Assembly (NCBI GenBank): GCA_963718525.1
Contig: OY970355.1
Location: 1,728,001-1,792,000, forward strand
DNA: 64,000 nucleotides
Source of the DNA: Candidatus Dormiibacterota bacterium
GTDB lineage: Bacteria > Chloroflexota > Dormibacteria > Aeolococcales > Aeolococcaceae
Reading direction: 5' to 3'
Numbering within the stretch: position 1 is the stretch's first letter; the number at the start of each line of letters is the position of its first letter. Position numbers and translations under genes: made by a program. A model generated the notes under the pieces. That model was not told the origin of the DNA. It searched no databases and was given only the letters and a program-made list of their open reading frames with translations. This document shows, one piece after another, positions 9,159-19,992 of the stretch.

Positions 9159-9629
9159 TCAGAGATCCTTCTTCATCCGAATCGACGTTTCGCGATAGCC
9201 GAGGCTCACGTAGAGGTCATGAGCAACCCTGTTGTGACCGAACACGTTGAGGGCGAGCGCGTGCAGCCCGTGACGCCTCGCCTCCCCTTCGGCAAGCCTC
9301 ATGGCCTCCCGTCCATAGCCGCGTCGTCTGTACGGCTCGTCGACGACGATGTTGAAGATGTAGCCCACACCCGGATCCCCGAGCGGGTGCTGTAACGAGA
9401 GCCAGAGCCACCCCACCGGTTGGCCTTCGACCTCCAGACGGAAGATCAAGTGTCCTGGTGTGTCGATCCCCTGAGGTAAGAGTTCTGCGTCTTCGCGGCG
9501 CGCTTGTTCCTCAGCCGCGGCGCGACTCAAAGCCCCCGAAGCAACGATTTCGGCGATGTATCCCTCGAGTTCCTGCGCCGACCAGCCATCGTACTCATCG
9601 GCTGTAGGACGGCGGAGCGTAACGGTCAT
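9159..9629 (-). CDS. GNAT family N-acetyltransferase
   Basis: VGWLW, YRRRGYGREAM acetyl-CoA motif, LNVFGHN and LYVSLGY. Confidence 0.88.
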   Translation of the reverse strand: MTVTLRRPTADEYDGWSAQELEGYIAEIVASGALSRAAAEEQARREDAELLPQGIDTPGHLIFRLEVEGQPVGWLWLSLQHPLGDPGVGYIFNIVVDEPYRRRGYGREAMRLAEGEARRHGLHALALNVFGHNRVAHDLYVSLGYRETSIRMKKDL

Positions 9630-9707
9630 TCGCCGATTGTGGCGCCAAACGCACCGCGCCGTCGCCTGCGACCTCATCGCCAACGAGCATTCAGTCTGCG
9701 GCTGACA

Positions 9708-12584
9708 TCACTCCTCGAGGCTGGCGGCGCGTCCCTCATCGCACACGGTGCGGAAATCACATCGCTGGCATTGCCAGCGCGATGGTTTGGGTGGAAATGA
9801 TCCGGTGCTCGAGGCAACCGCCAGGTCACGCGCCGTTGCGGAAAGATGGCCGTGCGCCTTGCGCAGGAAAGCCTTATCGGCAGTGACGCGCGTCACGGCA
9901 CCCTGCAGGTAGTGGAACTCGATCGCAACCTCCGACGCCTGCTCGCGCTGCGCGAGCCCCACCGCGTATGCACGGAGTTGCAAATCAGCGCGGAGCGCGC
10001 TCTCATCCTTCGGCCTGCCGGTCTTGTAGTCGATGACGGTGGGAATGCCGTCGAAGCGCGTGTCCACACGATCGAACCGGCCCGCGACGTCCGCGTGGTC
10101 CAGACTGATGGTGATCGGTTCCTCAACGCTGTTGATGATGGTGTCCGTCCAACCCGGGGATTCCACGTAGCGGCGCAGCTGCTCGTCACCATGAGCGCGC
10201 AGCTCGGAGTGCCGCCCCTTGGGACCATGCGACTGCTCCCACGCGGTCTGCCACATCGCAGCGACGCTGTCAGGGCTCACCACCTCGCCGGCCATGCGCT
10301 GCGTCGCGGCGGAGCGCAGAACCTCGTGGATCATCGTTCCGTACCAGCTGCGCGCGTCGGTGCGCACCGGAAGATGCCAGCGACGCTGATAGTTGTAGCG
10401 GCGCGGACAGCTTCGGAAGAGGCCGAGGTCGGACACCGCGATGGCGAGCCGCTGCAGCACCGGAGTCCCGGCGGGACGCGGCGCGCGGACCGCGAGGGTG
10501 CTGTCCACGGGGACGTCCTTGGCGAGGATCTCGCCGCGAAAGGACATCGCCTGGGTCAGGAAGGACGTGCAGGACTCGTCGCTGGACGGTTGGGGATACT
10601 TGCGCGCCCACGTGTAGATCAGGCGGTCGCGCGCACGAGTTGACGCCACGTAGAAGAGGCGGCGCTCCTCGTCGACGGCGACGTCGCCGGGCGGGGGAGG
10701 CTCCGGGACGAGGTCGTCGGGCAGCTGCAGATCGAACGACGACGTGCCACGCCCCTGCCAGCGGCGCTCGGTGCAACGCGACAGGATCACCACCGGCCAC
10801 TCGAGACCCTTCGAGCCATGCGCGGTCAGCAGCACGACACCATCCTCGATCGGCTCGATGCTCGCGAGCTCGCCGGCCTCACGGCTGTCGCGAAGGACGG
10901 TGAGGTAGCGAAGCGTCGTCGTCACACGCCGGTCGTCGCTCCAGTCGGCGAACGCCTCGAGGAGCTCGCCAAGCTTGTTCAAGTTAGCGCCCATCTGGAG
11001 CCGGGCGACACCGGACTGCTCGTCGATGATGCCGAGGAAGCCACTGGCTTCGAGCGCGAGCTGGAAGAGGTCGCGGACATCCTGGCGCTGGGATTCCGCA
11101 TGCATCCGCTGGATGTCATCGACACAGCGTTGCGCGGCGACAACGTCCGCGTCATCGAGTCCCGTCACCGCCGCATCCGCGATCAGCTGTACCAGTGGAA
11201 GGTCGTGCTCGTGAGCGGCGCGCACCAGCGCAACCCGTCCGGCCGTCGTGACCCCCCAATTGGGCAGCGTGAGGCAGCGGAGCACTGCCTGTCCGTCGTC
11301 GGGATCGTCGATGGCGGCAAGCAGCGCCAGGGCATCCTTGATCTCCCGCTCCTGGAAGAATCCGCGTCCACCCGCAACCTGGTATGGCACACCGACTTGG
11401 CGCAGCGCGCGCATCGCGGATTGCATGTCGATGTGCTGGCGGAACAGCCATGCGATGTCGGCGGGCCTGGTGCCGCCCGCGACCAGACGTGCGCATTCCC
11501 GCGCCACGGCCATCGCCTCACTGCGCTCGTCGGGCGCCTGCCACACCTCGACCGCGGCACCCGGACCGCGATCGGCGACGAGGTGTTTCTCGATGCGCGT
11601 CGCCGGGCTTGCGACGGAGATCACTGCGCGTGACGCGGTGACGATCTGCTCGGTGCTGCGGTAGTTGTGGGTGAGCACGAGCTGGCGATGCTCGGGATAC
11701 TCACGTGAGAAACGGTCGAGGTTGGCGCGGCTCGCACCCCGGAACTTGTAGATCGACTGGTCGTCGTCAGCCACCACGAACAGGTTGCGATGACCCGCCA
11801 CCAGGGTCTCGACCAGCTTTGCCTGCGCGTAGTTGGTGTCCTGGTACTCGTCCACCATCACGTGGCTGATGCGGTCCGCGATCGCGCTGCGAACTGCCGG
11901 CTGCTCGCGGATCAGCCGCTCGGCGTAGAGGATGCAGTCGTCGAAGTCGAAGACGCCGGCACGCCGGTAGCGCTCGTCCAGACGCCCGTAGACGCGCGCG
12001 ACGTCCGCGTGACGCTCGAGGACGATGCGCTCGGCCGGGTCCTCGGCAGTCTGCAGCCGGGCCGAAGCCCAGGCCATGTAGGCATCGGGTGTGACGAGCT
12101 CCTGCTTTGCCGTCCCAATGACGTCGAGGAGCGGGTCCATGAGGTCGTGCGGCCGGAGCGGGTTCCAGAGCAGTGGCGGGCGCAGCTCCTCGAGCACGGC
12201 CTCGACGTGCAGCCAGCGCTCCGCCGCGTCGGCGATGCGCAGCACCGGCGAGATGCCGAGCAGCCATCCCCACTCACGGACGACCCGAAGCGCGAACGAG
12301 TGGTAGTTGGTGAGGGGCGCGTCGTCGGCGAACGAGCCCTGCGCTCGCTCGACACGAGCCCGCATCTCGTCGGCGGCTTTGCGTGTGTAGGTCAGGACGA
12401 GCTGCCTGCCGGCTCCGATACCGAGCGCGGACAGCCGGTGAAAGCGCTCCACGATGATTCGCGTCTTGCCGCTGCCCGGCCCGGCGATGACCAGGCAGGG
12501 ACCGTCGCCGTGCTCGACTGCGATGCGCTGCTCTTCGTCGAGGGCTGCGGCGGGTGGGGCGTCTGGGATCGCGATGCCGGTCAT
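9708..12584 (-). CDS. UvrD/REP-family ATP-dependent helicase fused to PD-(D/E)XK nuclease (AdnA/AddA-like, Fe-S cysteines)
   Basis: AGPGSGKT, VDEYQD, DDDQSIYKFRGA, NYRS, TAHGSKGLEW and EERRLFYVASTRARD; C-terminal CPRRY...GRFDRVD...IDYKTG...QLRAY...CQRCDFRTVC. Confidence 0.9.
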   Translation of the reverse strand: MTGIAIPDAPPAAALDEEQRIAVEHGDGPCLVIAGPGSGKTRIIVERFHRLSALGIGAGRQLVLTYTRKAADEMRARVERAQGSFADDAPLTNYHSFALRVVREWGWLLGISPVLRIADAAERWLHVEAVLEELRPPLLWNPLRPHDLMDPLLDVIGTAKQELVTPDAYMAWASARLQTAEDPAERIVLERHADVARVYGRLDERYRRAGVFDFDDCILYAERLIREQPAVRSAIADRISHVMVDEYQDTNYAQAKLVETLVAGHRNLFVVADDDQSIYKFRGASRANLDRFSREYPEHRQLVLTHNYRSTEQIVTASRAVISVASPATRIEKHLVADRGPGAAVEVWQAPDERSEAMAVARECARLVAGGTRPADIAWLFRQHIDMQSAMRALRQVGVPYQVAGGRGFFQEREIKDALALLAAIDDPDDGQAVLRCLTLPNWGVTTAGRVALVRAAHEHDLPLVQLIADAAVTGLDDADVVAAQRCVDDIQRMHAESQRQDVRDLFQLALEASGFLGIIDEQSGVARLQMGANLNKLGELLEAFADWSDDRRVTTTLRYLTVLRDSREAGELASIEPIEDGVVLLTAHGSKGLEWPVVILSRCTERRWQGRGTSSFDLQLPDDLVPEPPPPGDVAVDEERRLFYVASTRARDRLIYTWARKYPQPSSDESCTSFLTQAMSFRGEILAKDVPVDSTLAVRAPRPAGTPVLQRLAIAVSDLGLFRSCPRRYNYQRRWHLPVRTDARSWYGTMIHEVLRSAATQRMAGEVVSPDSVAAMWQTAWEQSHGPKGRHSELRAHGDEQLRRYVESPGWTDTIINSVEEPITISLDHADVAGRFDRVDTRFDGIPTVIDYKTGRPKDESALRADLQLRAYAVGLAQREQASEVAIEFHYLQGAVTRVTADKAFLRKAHGHLSATARDLAVASSTGSFPPKPSRWQCQRCDFRTVCDEGRAASLEE

Positions 12585-12646
12585 CAGGGTCGATTCTGGG
12601 CTGAGGCGGCGACAGGGGGCTGTCGTCGGGGGTGGAGAATTCGGGG

Positions 12647-13441
12647 ATGGAACCGAGTCCAGCCACGGCCGGCAGCTCGACACCAGGGCTGGCCGAAGCA
12701 CTGCCGTGGCTCCGTCACTCGCGCCGCATCCTGGTGTTTAGCGGGGCGGGGATCTCGACCGAGTCGGGCATCCCGGACTTCCGAGGGCCGAACGGTGTCT
12801 GGAAGACCACCGATCCCGCCAGGTACACGATCCAGAACTACGTCAGGGATCGATCGGTGCGGGTGGAGCGGTGGCGCGCCCGGCTCGAGGGGCGCTTCTC
12901 GGACGCGCAGCCGAATGCGGCGCACCTTGCGGTCACCCGCCTCCAGCGAGCGGGGCTGGCGCCGGTCGTCGTGACCCAGAACATCGACGGCCTCCACCAG
13001 AAGGCGGGCACCGTCAACGTGATCGAGCTCCACGGCACGTCATCCCAGGCGATGTGCCTCGACTGCGATCGACGGATGCCCATCGAGGTCGCTCTTGATC
13101 GCGTCCGCGAGGGTGATGAGGATCCGCGCTGCGAGCTGTGCGGTGGCCTGCTCAAGACGGCGACGATCAGCTTCGGCCAGCCACTGATGGCGGGCGACAT
13201 GGATCGGGCGCTTGAGGAGGCGCGCCTCTGCGACGTCTGCCTCACGGTGGGATCGACACTCTCCGTATGGCCGGCGGCGTCGGTTCCGGTCGAGGCTGTC
13301 CGAGAAGGCGCGAGGCTCGTGATCGTGAACCAGGGGGTCACCGACCTGGACGGGATGGCGACCCTGATCCTCTCGGGCGGGGCGGGGGCGGTGATGACCG
13401 AGTTGACCACCGCTTTCCTTGGTGACGCGAACTCAAGGTAG
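12647..13441 (+). CDS. cobB: Sir2-family NAD-dependent protein deacylase
   Basis: [28 protein letters not shown], two CxxC zinc motifs and [11 protein letters not shown]. Confidence 0.88.
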   Translation: MEPSPATAGSSTPGLAEALPWLRHSRRILVFSGAGISTESGIPDFRGPNGVWKTTDPARYTIQNYVRDRSVRVERWRARLEGRFSDAQPNAAHLAVTRLQRAGLAPVVVTQNIDGLHQKAGTVNVIELHGTSSQAMCLDCDRRMPIEVALDRVREGDEDPRCELCGGLLKTATISFGQPLMAGDMDRALEEARLCDVCLTVGSTLSVWPAASVPVEAVREGARLVIVNQGVTDLDGMATLILSGGAGAVMTELTTAFLGDANSR

Positions 13442-13496
13442 AATTCAAGGTCCGCGCCGGAGATGCGCGGCCCAGCGAAAGGAGGTGATTCCGACC

Positions 13497-13679
13497 GTGT
13501 CGGAAGTTAAGGTCCGCGAAGGCGAGACCTTTGAGAGCGCGCTACGACGGTTCAACAAGAAGATCAAGCAGAACGGCATCCTCTCCGAGGTTCGCAGACG
13601 CGAGCACTACGAGAAGCCGTCCGTGCGCCGCAAGCGAAAGCTGCTTGCAGCGCGGAAGCGTCGCGTCAAGAGCACCTGA
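13497..13679 (+). CDS. rpsU: 30S ribosomal protein S21
   Basis: [18 protein letters not shown]...[12 protein letters not shown]; strong SD AAAGGAGGTGA upstream of GTG 13497. Confidence 0.95.
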   Translation: MSEVKVREGETFESALRRFNKKIKQNGILSEVRRREHYEKPSVRRKRKLLAARKRRVKST

Positions 13680-13692
13680 CGCAGCTGCGTCC

Positions 13693-14148
13693 ATGCGGGT
13701 GAGCGTCATCCGCGATCCGTGCCTCACCCCTCGGCAACGTCGTGTCGTAGCGGAGGCACGCCTCGGTCCGTTGCTCCGCGCGTCCGGTGATCAACTCGAC
13801 GTGCCGGCTCGCGCGAGCCTGAGCGTGCGCCTGACCGGCGACGCGGAGCTCCGGGATCTCAACGCGCGCTTTCTCGGCACTGATGCGCCCACCGACGTGC
13901 TCGCCTTTCCAGGCGACGAGCGCGCTCGGATTGGCGACGTCGCGATCTCGGTGGAGCGCGCCATCGCACAGGCCGCGGATGGTGCCGCGGAACTCCGCCT
14001 GCTCGCCGTCCACGGGCTGCTGCACTGCCTGGGCCACGACCATGCCCTCCCCGAGCCCGCCGCCGCGATGACCGCCGCGACCCGGATGCTGCTGCCGGAC
14101 GCCGATGTCCCCGACCTGCAGACCGCCGAGCTCGCCGGGCGGTCGTGA
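13693..14148 (+). CDS. ybeY: rRNA maturation endoribonuclease YbeY
   Basis: LNARF...PTDVLAF, IGDVAIS and HGLLHCLGHDH. Confidence 0.9.
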   Translation: MRVSVIRDPCLTPRQRRVVAEARLGPLLRASGDQLDVPARASLSVRLTGDAELRDLNARFLGTDAPTDVLAFPGDERARIGDVAISVERAIAQAADGAAELRLLAVHGLLHCLGHDHALPEPAAAMTAATRMLLPDADVPDLQTAELAGRS

Positions 14149-14720
14149 CCCAGCTGATCATCGGGCTCGGCAATCCCGGAGGCGAATACGCCCGTACCCG
14201 GCACAATGTCGGCTGGATGTGCCTGGACGAGCTCGAGCGCCGCGGCAAATTCGGCCGCGAGCGGCGGGAGGGATTGGCTCGCGTCCGAGAGGGAACCATC
14301 GAGGGATATGACGTCCTCACCGCTCGTCCGCACACCTATATGAACCTCAGCGGCAAGGCAGCCGCGCAGCTGACCGGCAAGCACGGCATCGCCCCGGCCG
14401 ACGTTATCGTCATCCATGACGAGGCCGATTTCCCACTTGGGCGCGTCAAGATCAAGCTCGGGGGCAGCGCCGCCGGACATCGGGGCGTGCAGTCGCTGAT
14501 CGATTCCTGGCGCACGGACGAATTTCCCCGAATCCGCATCGGGATCGGGAGAGACGGCGACAGCAACGACCTCATCGAGCACGTGCTCGATCCATTTCTT
14601 CCCGACGAGCGCGCGAAGGCAGAGGCGGCGATCGCGCGCGCCGCGGACATGGCGGTGGCGATCACGCGCGATGGGGTTGCGGCGGCGATGAACACCTGGA
14701 ACCGTGCCGGCACGGACTGA
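14145..14720 (+). CDS. pth: peptidyl-tRNA hydrolase
   Basis: IGLGNPG..Y..TRHNVG, PHTYMNLSG, HDE, GHRG and RIRIGIGR. Confidence 0.95.
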   Translation: MTQLIIGLGNPGGEYARTRHNVGWMCLDELERRGKFGRERREGLARVREGTIEGYDVLTARPHTYMNLSGKAAAQLTGKHGIAPADVIVIHDEADFPLGRVKIKLGGSAAGHRGVQSLIDSWRTDEFPRIRIGIGRDGDSNDLIEHVLDPFLPDERAKAEAAIARAADMAVAITRDGVAAAMNTWNRAGTD

Positions 14721-17700
14721 TCCCCGCCTCACCTCGACCGCGGTGGCGTCTGCGACCCTCCGGGAGCGCCTCGATCAGCTGCCGGAGCTCGCCCGCCTGG
14801 GCGGCGCTCAGGGCGGCATCGTCGCCGGGGTGCCCTCCGGTGCGGTCGGTCTCCTGGCGTGGTGGCTGCGCGAACGGACCTCGCGTACGGTGCTGGTGGT
14901 TGCCGCGGAGTCGGAGCGCGTCTATCTGGATTCGCTGGTCTGGGACGCCGGCTCCGGAGTGGCCATCTTCCCTGCGGGCGATACGCCACCGTTCGACAGG
15001 GTGCCGCCATCCGAAGAGGTGACCCGGGCGCGCCTCGCGACGCTGATGCGGCTGCACGCACGGACCGAACCGCTCGTGGTCGTCGCCTCGCCTCGGGGCC
15101 TGCTCCGGCCGACGCTCGCTCCCAGGGTCGTCCAGGCGGGGCTGACCGAGGTCAAGAAGGGCGCGCGCCTGCCTCGCGATCAGCTCCTGGCCCGTCTCGT
15201 GGAACTGGGCTACCGGCGCGAGAGCGCGGTCTCGGTGCCGGGGGACTTCGCCGTACGCGGCGGCATCGTCGACGTCTTCGGCGTGGACCGCGCCCGCCCC
15301 TGGCGCGCGGAATGGTTCGGCGACGATGTCGAGGACCTGCGCGCCTTCGATCCGGCGACCCAGGAGTCGATCGCCAAGCTCGAATCGGCGCAGGTGTGGC
15401 CGGCTCGTGAGCTCGACCTCAGCCGAGAGTCGGTCGCTCGGGCCGTGGCCTCGGTGTCAGCCCTCGACTCGACCGCCCTGCGCGATGACGTGCGCGAGCA
15501 ATGGGAGCGCGACCGCGAGCTGCTCGAGACCGGTGTCTACGAGGAGGGACTCGACCTGTTCTTCCCCTACCTCGGTGGCGACCCGGCGCCGACCCTGCTC
15601 GACCATCTCGACAACCCGGTCATCCTGCTCGACGGCGGGCGCGAGCGGCTGATCGCCGCGGCCGAGCGCCACGCTGCGGAGATCGAAGGACTGCGCGCGC
15701 AGGAGGAGGCGCGAGGCGAGCTGCCCCACGGCGCGTCGGCCGGCCTGGTGGACGTCGACCAGCTGTTCCGGGCGCTCGATCGCCACACGTCGTTTGAGCT
15801 CGTCCGCGAGGCGTCCGCCGGGGCGGCCACGGACCTCGGCTGGCGCGGCGTCGACAGCTACGTCGGACGTTTCGACGCCTTCGTGCGCGAGGCGATCCAC
15901 GAGCGCGACGAGCGGGGGTGTGTGCTCGTGGTGTCTCGGCAGCAGCACCGCGTCGAGGAGCTCGCAGCGGAGCACGGCGCCGACACGGTGGACGCAGCCG
16001 ATTTCTCGGCCGCTACAACACCGCTGCCGGCCGGCGCGATCGTGGTGGCGTCTGCCGATCTGTCGCAGGGGTTTGCCGTCGCGGATGGATCGGTGCACGC
16101 GTACACGGATGCCGAGCTCTTCGGCGCCGTCAAGCGGCGTCGCTCCGTGCTGGCACGAGGATCACGCCGGGCGGTGTCGACATCGGCGCGCGGCTCACGC
16201 CGCGCCGCCAGCGGCAATGCGGCGCGCGAGGCTTTCGTGCTGCAGTTCGCTCCCGGCGACCTGGTGGTGCATCGCGATCACGGCATCTCGCGGTTTGTCG
16301 AGATGCGTGCGGTCACGGACGACGGCGGCGCCGTGCACGAGTACATGCTCCTCGAGTACGCGGAGGGTGACCGGCTCTTCGTTCCCACCCAGCACCTCGA
16401 CCGCGTTGATCGCTACGTCGGGGGCGCGGAGTCGCATCCCAAGCTCTCGCGGCTCGGCACCGGCGAGTGGGAGCGGACGAGGCGCCGCGTCAAGGAGCGC
16501 ACCGAGGAAGTGGCGCGCGAATTGCTCGGCCTGTACTCGCGACGCGAGCAGGCGCAGGGGCATGCGTATGCACCCGACGGCGCCTGGCAGCAGGAGCTGG
16601 AAGGATCGTTCCCGTACCAGGAGACCCCCGACCAGATCCTCGTGCTCGAGGAGATCAAGCGTGACATGGAGGCGTCACGGCCGATGGATCGGGTTGTCTG
16701 CGGCGACGTCGGCTTCGGCAAGACCGAGCTCGCGATTCGCGCCGCGTTCAAGGCTGCGATCGAGGGCCGCCAGGTCGCGATGCTCGTGCCCACCACAGTC
16801 CTCTGCCAGCAGCACTTCATCACCTTCACAGAGCGCCTCGCCGCCTTCCCGATCACCGTGCGTCAGCTGTCGAGATTCGTCAGCGACGACGAGGTTGCGC
16901 GCACCCTCGCCGGTCTGCGCAGCGGTGCCGTCGACATCGTCGTCGGCACCCATCGCCTCCTCCAAAAAGACGTCGAGTTCAAGAATCTCGGGCTCGTGAT
17001 CATCGACGAGGAGCAGCGATTCGGGGTGCTCCAGAAGGAGCGTTTCAAGGAGCTCCGCGTCGCGGTCGATGTACTGTCGCTGTCGGCGACACCGATCCCG
17101 CGAACGTTGCACATGTCGCTCGCGGGCATCCGCGATCTCTCCGTGATCCAGACGCCTCCCGAGGAACGCCAGCCGATCAAGACCTACGTGACGGCACGTG
17201 AGGACTCGCTCATCCGCGAGGTGGTCACGCGTGAGCTTGCACGCGGAGGCCAGTGCTTCTTTCTGCACAACCGGGTTGCGGGCATCGAGGCCGTGGCGGA
17301 TCGGCTTCGCGCCCTCGTGCCCGAAGCGCGTATCGAGGTGGCCCACGGGCAGATGCCTGAGGGCATGCTCGCTTCGGTCATGCGCAGGTTCGGTGACGGC
17401 GAGATCGACGTGCTGCTGTGCACCACGATCATCGAATCCGGCCTCGACATTCCGAATGCGAATACGATTGTCATCGATGACGCGCATCGGTTGGGACTCG
17501 CTCAGCTGTATCAACTGCGCGGACGTGTCGGCCGGGCAGGGCAGCGCGCCTACGCCTACATGATGTATCCGCCCGCCAGGTCACTGACGGAGAAGGCTGA
17601 CAAGCAACTCGATGTCATCGGCGACCTGCAGGATCTCGGCGCCGGTTTCAAGCTGGCCATGCGCGACCTCGAGATTCGCGGTGCGGGCAACCTGCTCGGC

Positions 17701-18264
17701 GAGGAGCAGCATGGAGAGATCGCCGCAGTCGGGCTCGAGCTGTACAACCACCTGCTTGCCGACGCGGTCACGTCGCTGCAGGGAAAACCCGTTGTGGAAT
17801 CACCCGCGCAGGTCACCGTGACACTTCCCGTCGCCGCGTTCCTCCCGGCGGAGTACGTGTCCGACGAACGCCTGCGACTGCGCTGCTATCAGGAGCTCGC
17901 CGCGTGCATCAGTGAGTCGGAGCTGGACCAGCGTGCGCGTGGGCTCGTCGATCGATTCGGTCCGATGCCTGCGCCGACGTCGGCGCTCATCAACTCGCTG
18001 CGCGTCCGCCTGCTCGCCGCGGCCGCAGGCGCGCTCGGTGTCGAAACCGAGCGTGGCCGCGGGGTGGTCATCCGCCTGACGCTCGACCACGGCCTCGACC
18101 TCCAGAGCGTGGCCTCGCAATTCCGCGATATCACGGCAACCCCGTCGCAGCTGCATCTCGGCGATGCATGGCAGAGCACCCTCACCCCGGTGCTTCGCGA
18201 GCTCGGCCGGCTGGTGCGCGCACGCGATCGTGTTCCGGTTGGTGCGCAGAACGCCCATGCGTGA
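14704..18264 (+). CDS. mfd: transcription-repair coupling factor Mfd
   Basis: UvrB-homology region, [13 protein letters not shown] domain, [27 protein letters not shown] and [13 protein letters not shown]. Confidence 0.95.
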   Translation: MPARTDPRLTSTAVASATLRERLDQLPELARLGGAQGGIVAGVPSGAVGLLAWWLRERTSRTVLVVAAESERVYLDSLVWDAGSGVAIFPAGDTPPFDRVPPSEEVTRARLATLMRLHARTEPLVVVASPRGLLRPTLAPRVVQAGLTEVKKGARLPRDQLLARLVELGYRRESAVSVPGDFAVRGGIVDVFGVDRARPWRAEWFGDDVEDLRAFDPATQESIAKLESAQVWPARELDLSRESVARAVASVSALDSTALRDDVREQWERDRELLETGVYEEGLDLFFPYLGGDPAPTLLDHLDNPVILLDGGRERLIAAAERHAAEIEGLRAQEEARGELPHGASAGLVDVDQLFRALDRHTSFELVREASAGAATDLGWRGVDSYVGRFDAFVREAIHERDERGCVLVVSRQQHRVEELAAEHGADTVDAADFSAATTPLPAGAIVVASADLSQGFAVADGSVHAYTDAELFGAVKRRRSVLARGSRRAVSTSARGSRRAASGNAAREAFVLQFAPGDLVVHRDHGISRFVEMRAVTDDGGAVHEYMLLEYAEGDRLFVPTQHLDRVDRYVGGAESHPKLSRLGTGEWERTRRRVKERTEEVARELLGLYSRREQAQGHAYAPDGAWQQELEGSFPYQETPDQILVLEEIKRDMEASRPMDRVVCGDVGFGKTELAIRAAFKAAIEGRQVAMLVPTTVLCQQHFITFTERLAAFPITVRQLSRFVSDDEVARTLAGLRSGAVDIVVGTHRLLQKDVEFKNLGLVIIDEEQRFGVLQKERFKELRVAVDVLSLSATPIPRTLHMSLAGIRDLSVIQTPPEERQPIKTYVTAREDSLIREVVTRELARGGQCFFLHNRVAGIEAVADRLRALVPEARIEVAHGQMPEGMLASVMRRFGDGEIDVLLCTTIIESGLDIPNANTIVIDDAHRLGLAQLYQLRGRVGRAGQRAYAYMMYPPARSLTEKADKQLDVIGDLQDLGAGFKLAMRDLEIRGAGNLLGEEQHGEIAAVGLELYNHLLADAVTSLQGKPVVESPAQVTVTLPVAAFLPAEYVSDERLRLRCYQELAACISESELDQRARGLVDRFGPMPAPTSALINSLRVRLLAAAAGALGVETERGRGVVIRLTLDHGLDLQSVASQFRDITATPSQLHLGDAWQSTLTPVLRELGRLVRARDRVPVGAQNAHA

Positions 18265-19072
18265 CGAGGCCGTCGAGTCGCTGCGCGCGCTGAATGAAGT
18301 GGTCGAACGGCTGCGCGCGCCGGGCGGCTGTCCATGGGACCGCGAGCAGACGCATCGCAGCCTCCGCCCGTATCTCCTCGAGGAGACCTACGAGGTGCTC
18401 GAGGCGATCGACGGCCTCGAGCCCGGAACCTTGCGTGAGGAGCTGGGTGACCTGCTCCTCCAGGTGCTCATGCACAGCGCGATCGCCATGGAGGCTGGTG
18501 ACGGTTTCGACATCGGCGATGTCGCCGACGGCGTGCGCGCCAAGATGATCCACCGACATCCCCACGTCTTCGGTGACGTGACCGTCGACGGGGCGGCGAG
18601 TGTCGTCGTCAACTGGGAGAAGCTCAAGACCGCAGAGAAACGCCAGCGGCTGTCGCTGCTCGACGGCGTGCCTGCGGCGATGCCGGCGCTCGCCCACGCA
18701 CAGGGGGTGCAGAAGCGTCCGGCGAGGGTCGGCTTCGATGAGACGCCGACGGTTCCCGTCGCCCTCGACGGCGTGCGCGTGGCGCTCGAGCGTGTCGAAG
18801 CGGTTTCGGACGAACTCGCGGAGGCTGCACATGGCGAGGACTGGGCCGCGGGCGCCGGTGATCCAGAGGTCGCGATCGGCGACCTGCTCTTCTCGGTGGT
18901 TGCGCTGGCGCGACGGCTTCGGGTCAATCCTGAAGAGGCGCTCCGAAGCCGCGCGATGGGATTCGCGACCCGGTTCCGCGCGCTCGAGGCGCGCGCTCGA
19001 GACGACGGTGTCGACCTGCACGACCTCGACGATGCGGAATGGCGAACGCGCTGGGAGGCGACCGCTTCCTGA
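18257..19072 (+). CDS. mazG: MazG nucleoside triphosphate pyrophosphohydrolase
   Basis: LRAPGGCPWDREQTH, EETYEV, EELGDLL and RHPHVF; second domain degenerate. Confidence 0.9.
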   Translation: MRDEAVESLRALNEVVERLRAPGGCPWDREQTHRSLRPYLLEETYEVLEAIDGLEPGTLREELGDLLLQVLMHSAIAMEAGDGFDIGDVADGVRAKMIHRHPHVFGDVTVDGAASVVVNWEKLKTAEKRQRLSLLDGVPAAMPALAHAQGVQKRPARVGFDETPTVPVALDGVRVALERVEAVSDELAEAAHGEDWAAGAGDPEVAIGDLLFSVVALARRLRVNPEEALRSRAMGFATRFRALEARARDDGVDLHDLDDAEWRTRWEATAS

Positions 19073-19089
19073 AACAGGACCCAGGTCCC

Positions 19090-19653
19090 TTGTCAAATCC
19101 GCCGCCGGGCCGCATCCTATCCCGACACCCGGCGTCACATCGCCTCATTCGTCTCACACATCGCCGGGGAGAGGATCGCGCCATCCGTCCCACTCCACGT
19201 CCAAGCCTCGACAGCCCCATCACGCTGCGCCGGATTGCAGTCGTGCTCATAGCGGGGATCTGTGGACTGGTCGCATTCGCGGTGTACGGGCAGGTTGCGC
19301 AGAGCCGTCACCTCGACGCCCAGGTGAGCGCACTCGCCGCCACGAATGCGGCGCTGACGCAGCAGATCTCGGATCGCGAGCGCGAGATCGCCGACGCGCA
19401 GACCATCGCGTGGCTCGAGCAGCAGGCACGGCAGCTCGGCTACATCTTCCCCGGCGAACAGCTCTACGTGATCGTCCCGCCGGGAGGAGCTCGGGTGTCG
19501 ACCGGAGGCGTGTCAGTGCCCATCCCGACGTTCAAGGCGCTGCCACCCGCGACCCCGACACCGTCACCGACTGCAAAGCCGAGCACATCGCCCAGCCCGA
19601 CACCCAGCCACACCCCGGCGCCCACTCCCACTCCCACGCCGGCGCCACACTGA
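19090..19653 (+). CDS. septum formation initiator (FtsB/DivIC family) with Pro/Thr-rich tail
   Basis: Single TM, coiled coil, EQQARQLGYIFPGE motif. Start uncertain; ORF open from 19039. Confidence 0.7.
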   Translation: MSNPPPGRILSRHPASHRLIRLTHRRGEDRAIRPTPRPSLDSPITLRRIAVVLIAGICGLVAFAVYGQVAQSRHLDAQVSALAATNAALTQQISDREREIADAQTIAWLEQQARQLGYIFPGEQLYVIVPPGGARVSTGGVSVPIPTFKALPPATPTPSPTAKPSTSPSPTPSHTPAPTPTPTPAPH

Positions 19654-19701
19654 TCGGCCTCCGGGCCGAGGAAGGCAATGCCACGTGCGGTATCCTCTGA
19701 G

Positions 19702-19773
19702 GGCGGCGTGGAGCAGTGGAAGCTCGTCGGGCTCATAACCCGAAGGTCGTCGGTTCGAATCCGACCGCCGCAA
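19702..19773 (+). tRNA. tRNA-Met(CAT), initiator type
   Basis: Cloverleaf with anticodon arm TCGGG-CTCATAA-CCCGA (three G-C pairs), 1:72 mismatch and GTTCGAATCC T-arm. CCA not encoded. Confidence 0.93.
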
Positions 19774-19869
19774 TTTCTCTGCCCGGAATAGGGCCTGCGC
19801 CGGGTACGATGGCGACGTGGAGCTCGCACCAATGGGCGTCTCCGCGACCTCATCCCCAGCACATTGCTC

Positions 19870-19945
19870 GGCGGTTTAGCTCAGGTGGTAGAGCAGCCGG
19901 TTCATACCCGGTATGTCCCTGGTTCGAATCCAGGAACCGCCACCA
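19870..19945 (+). tRNA. tRNA-Met(CAT), probably elongator
   Basis: GGCGGTT/AACCGCC acceptor stem, anticodon loop TTCATAC, encoded CCA. Resembles Gram-positive elongator Met rather than Ile2. Confidence 0.9.
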
Positions 19946-19992
19946 CGCACGCGGGATCTGGCCCCCTGCGGCCGCGTGAGCGCACCGCCGCG

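Noticed and set aside
6313-9700. Run of accessory genes as an integron cassette array
   Set aside because: No attC-like repeated boundaries and no integrase seen.
12647-13441. Sir2 next to a helicase-nuclease as an anti-phage system
   Set aside because: The sirtuin has the zinc-binding module and motifs of housekeeping deacylases, is divergently oriented and sits among core genes.
19540-19650. Short C/A-rich tandem-like repeats (also 48080-48180)
   Set aside because: They encode Pro/Thr/Ser linkers; not CRISPR or DNA-level repeats.
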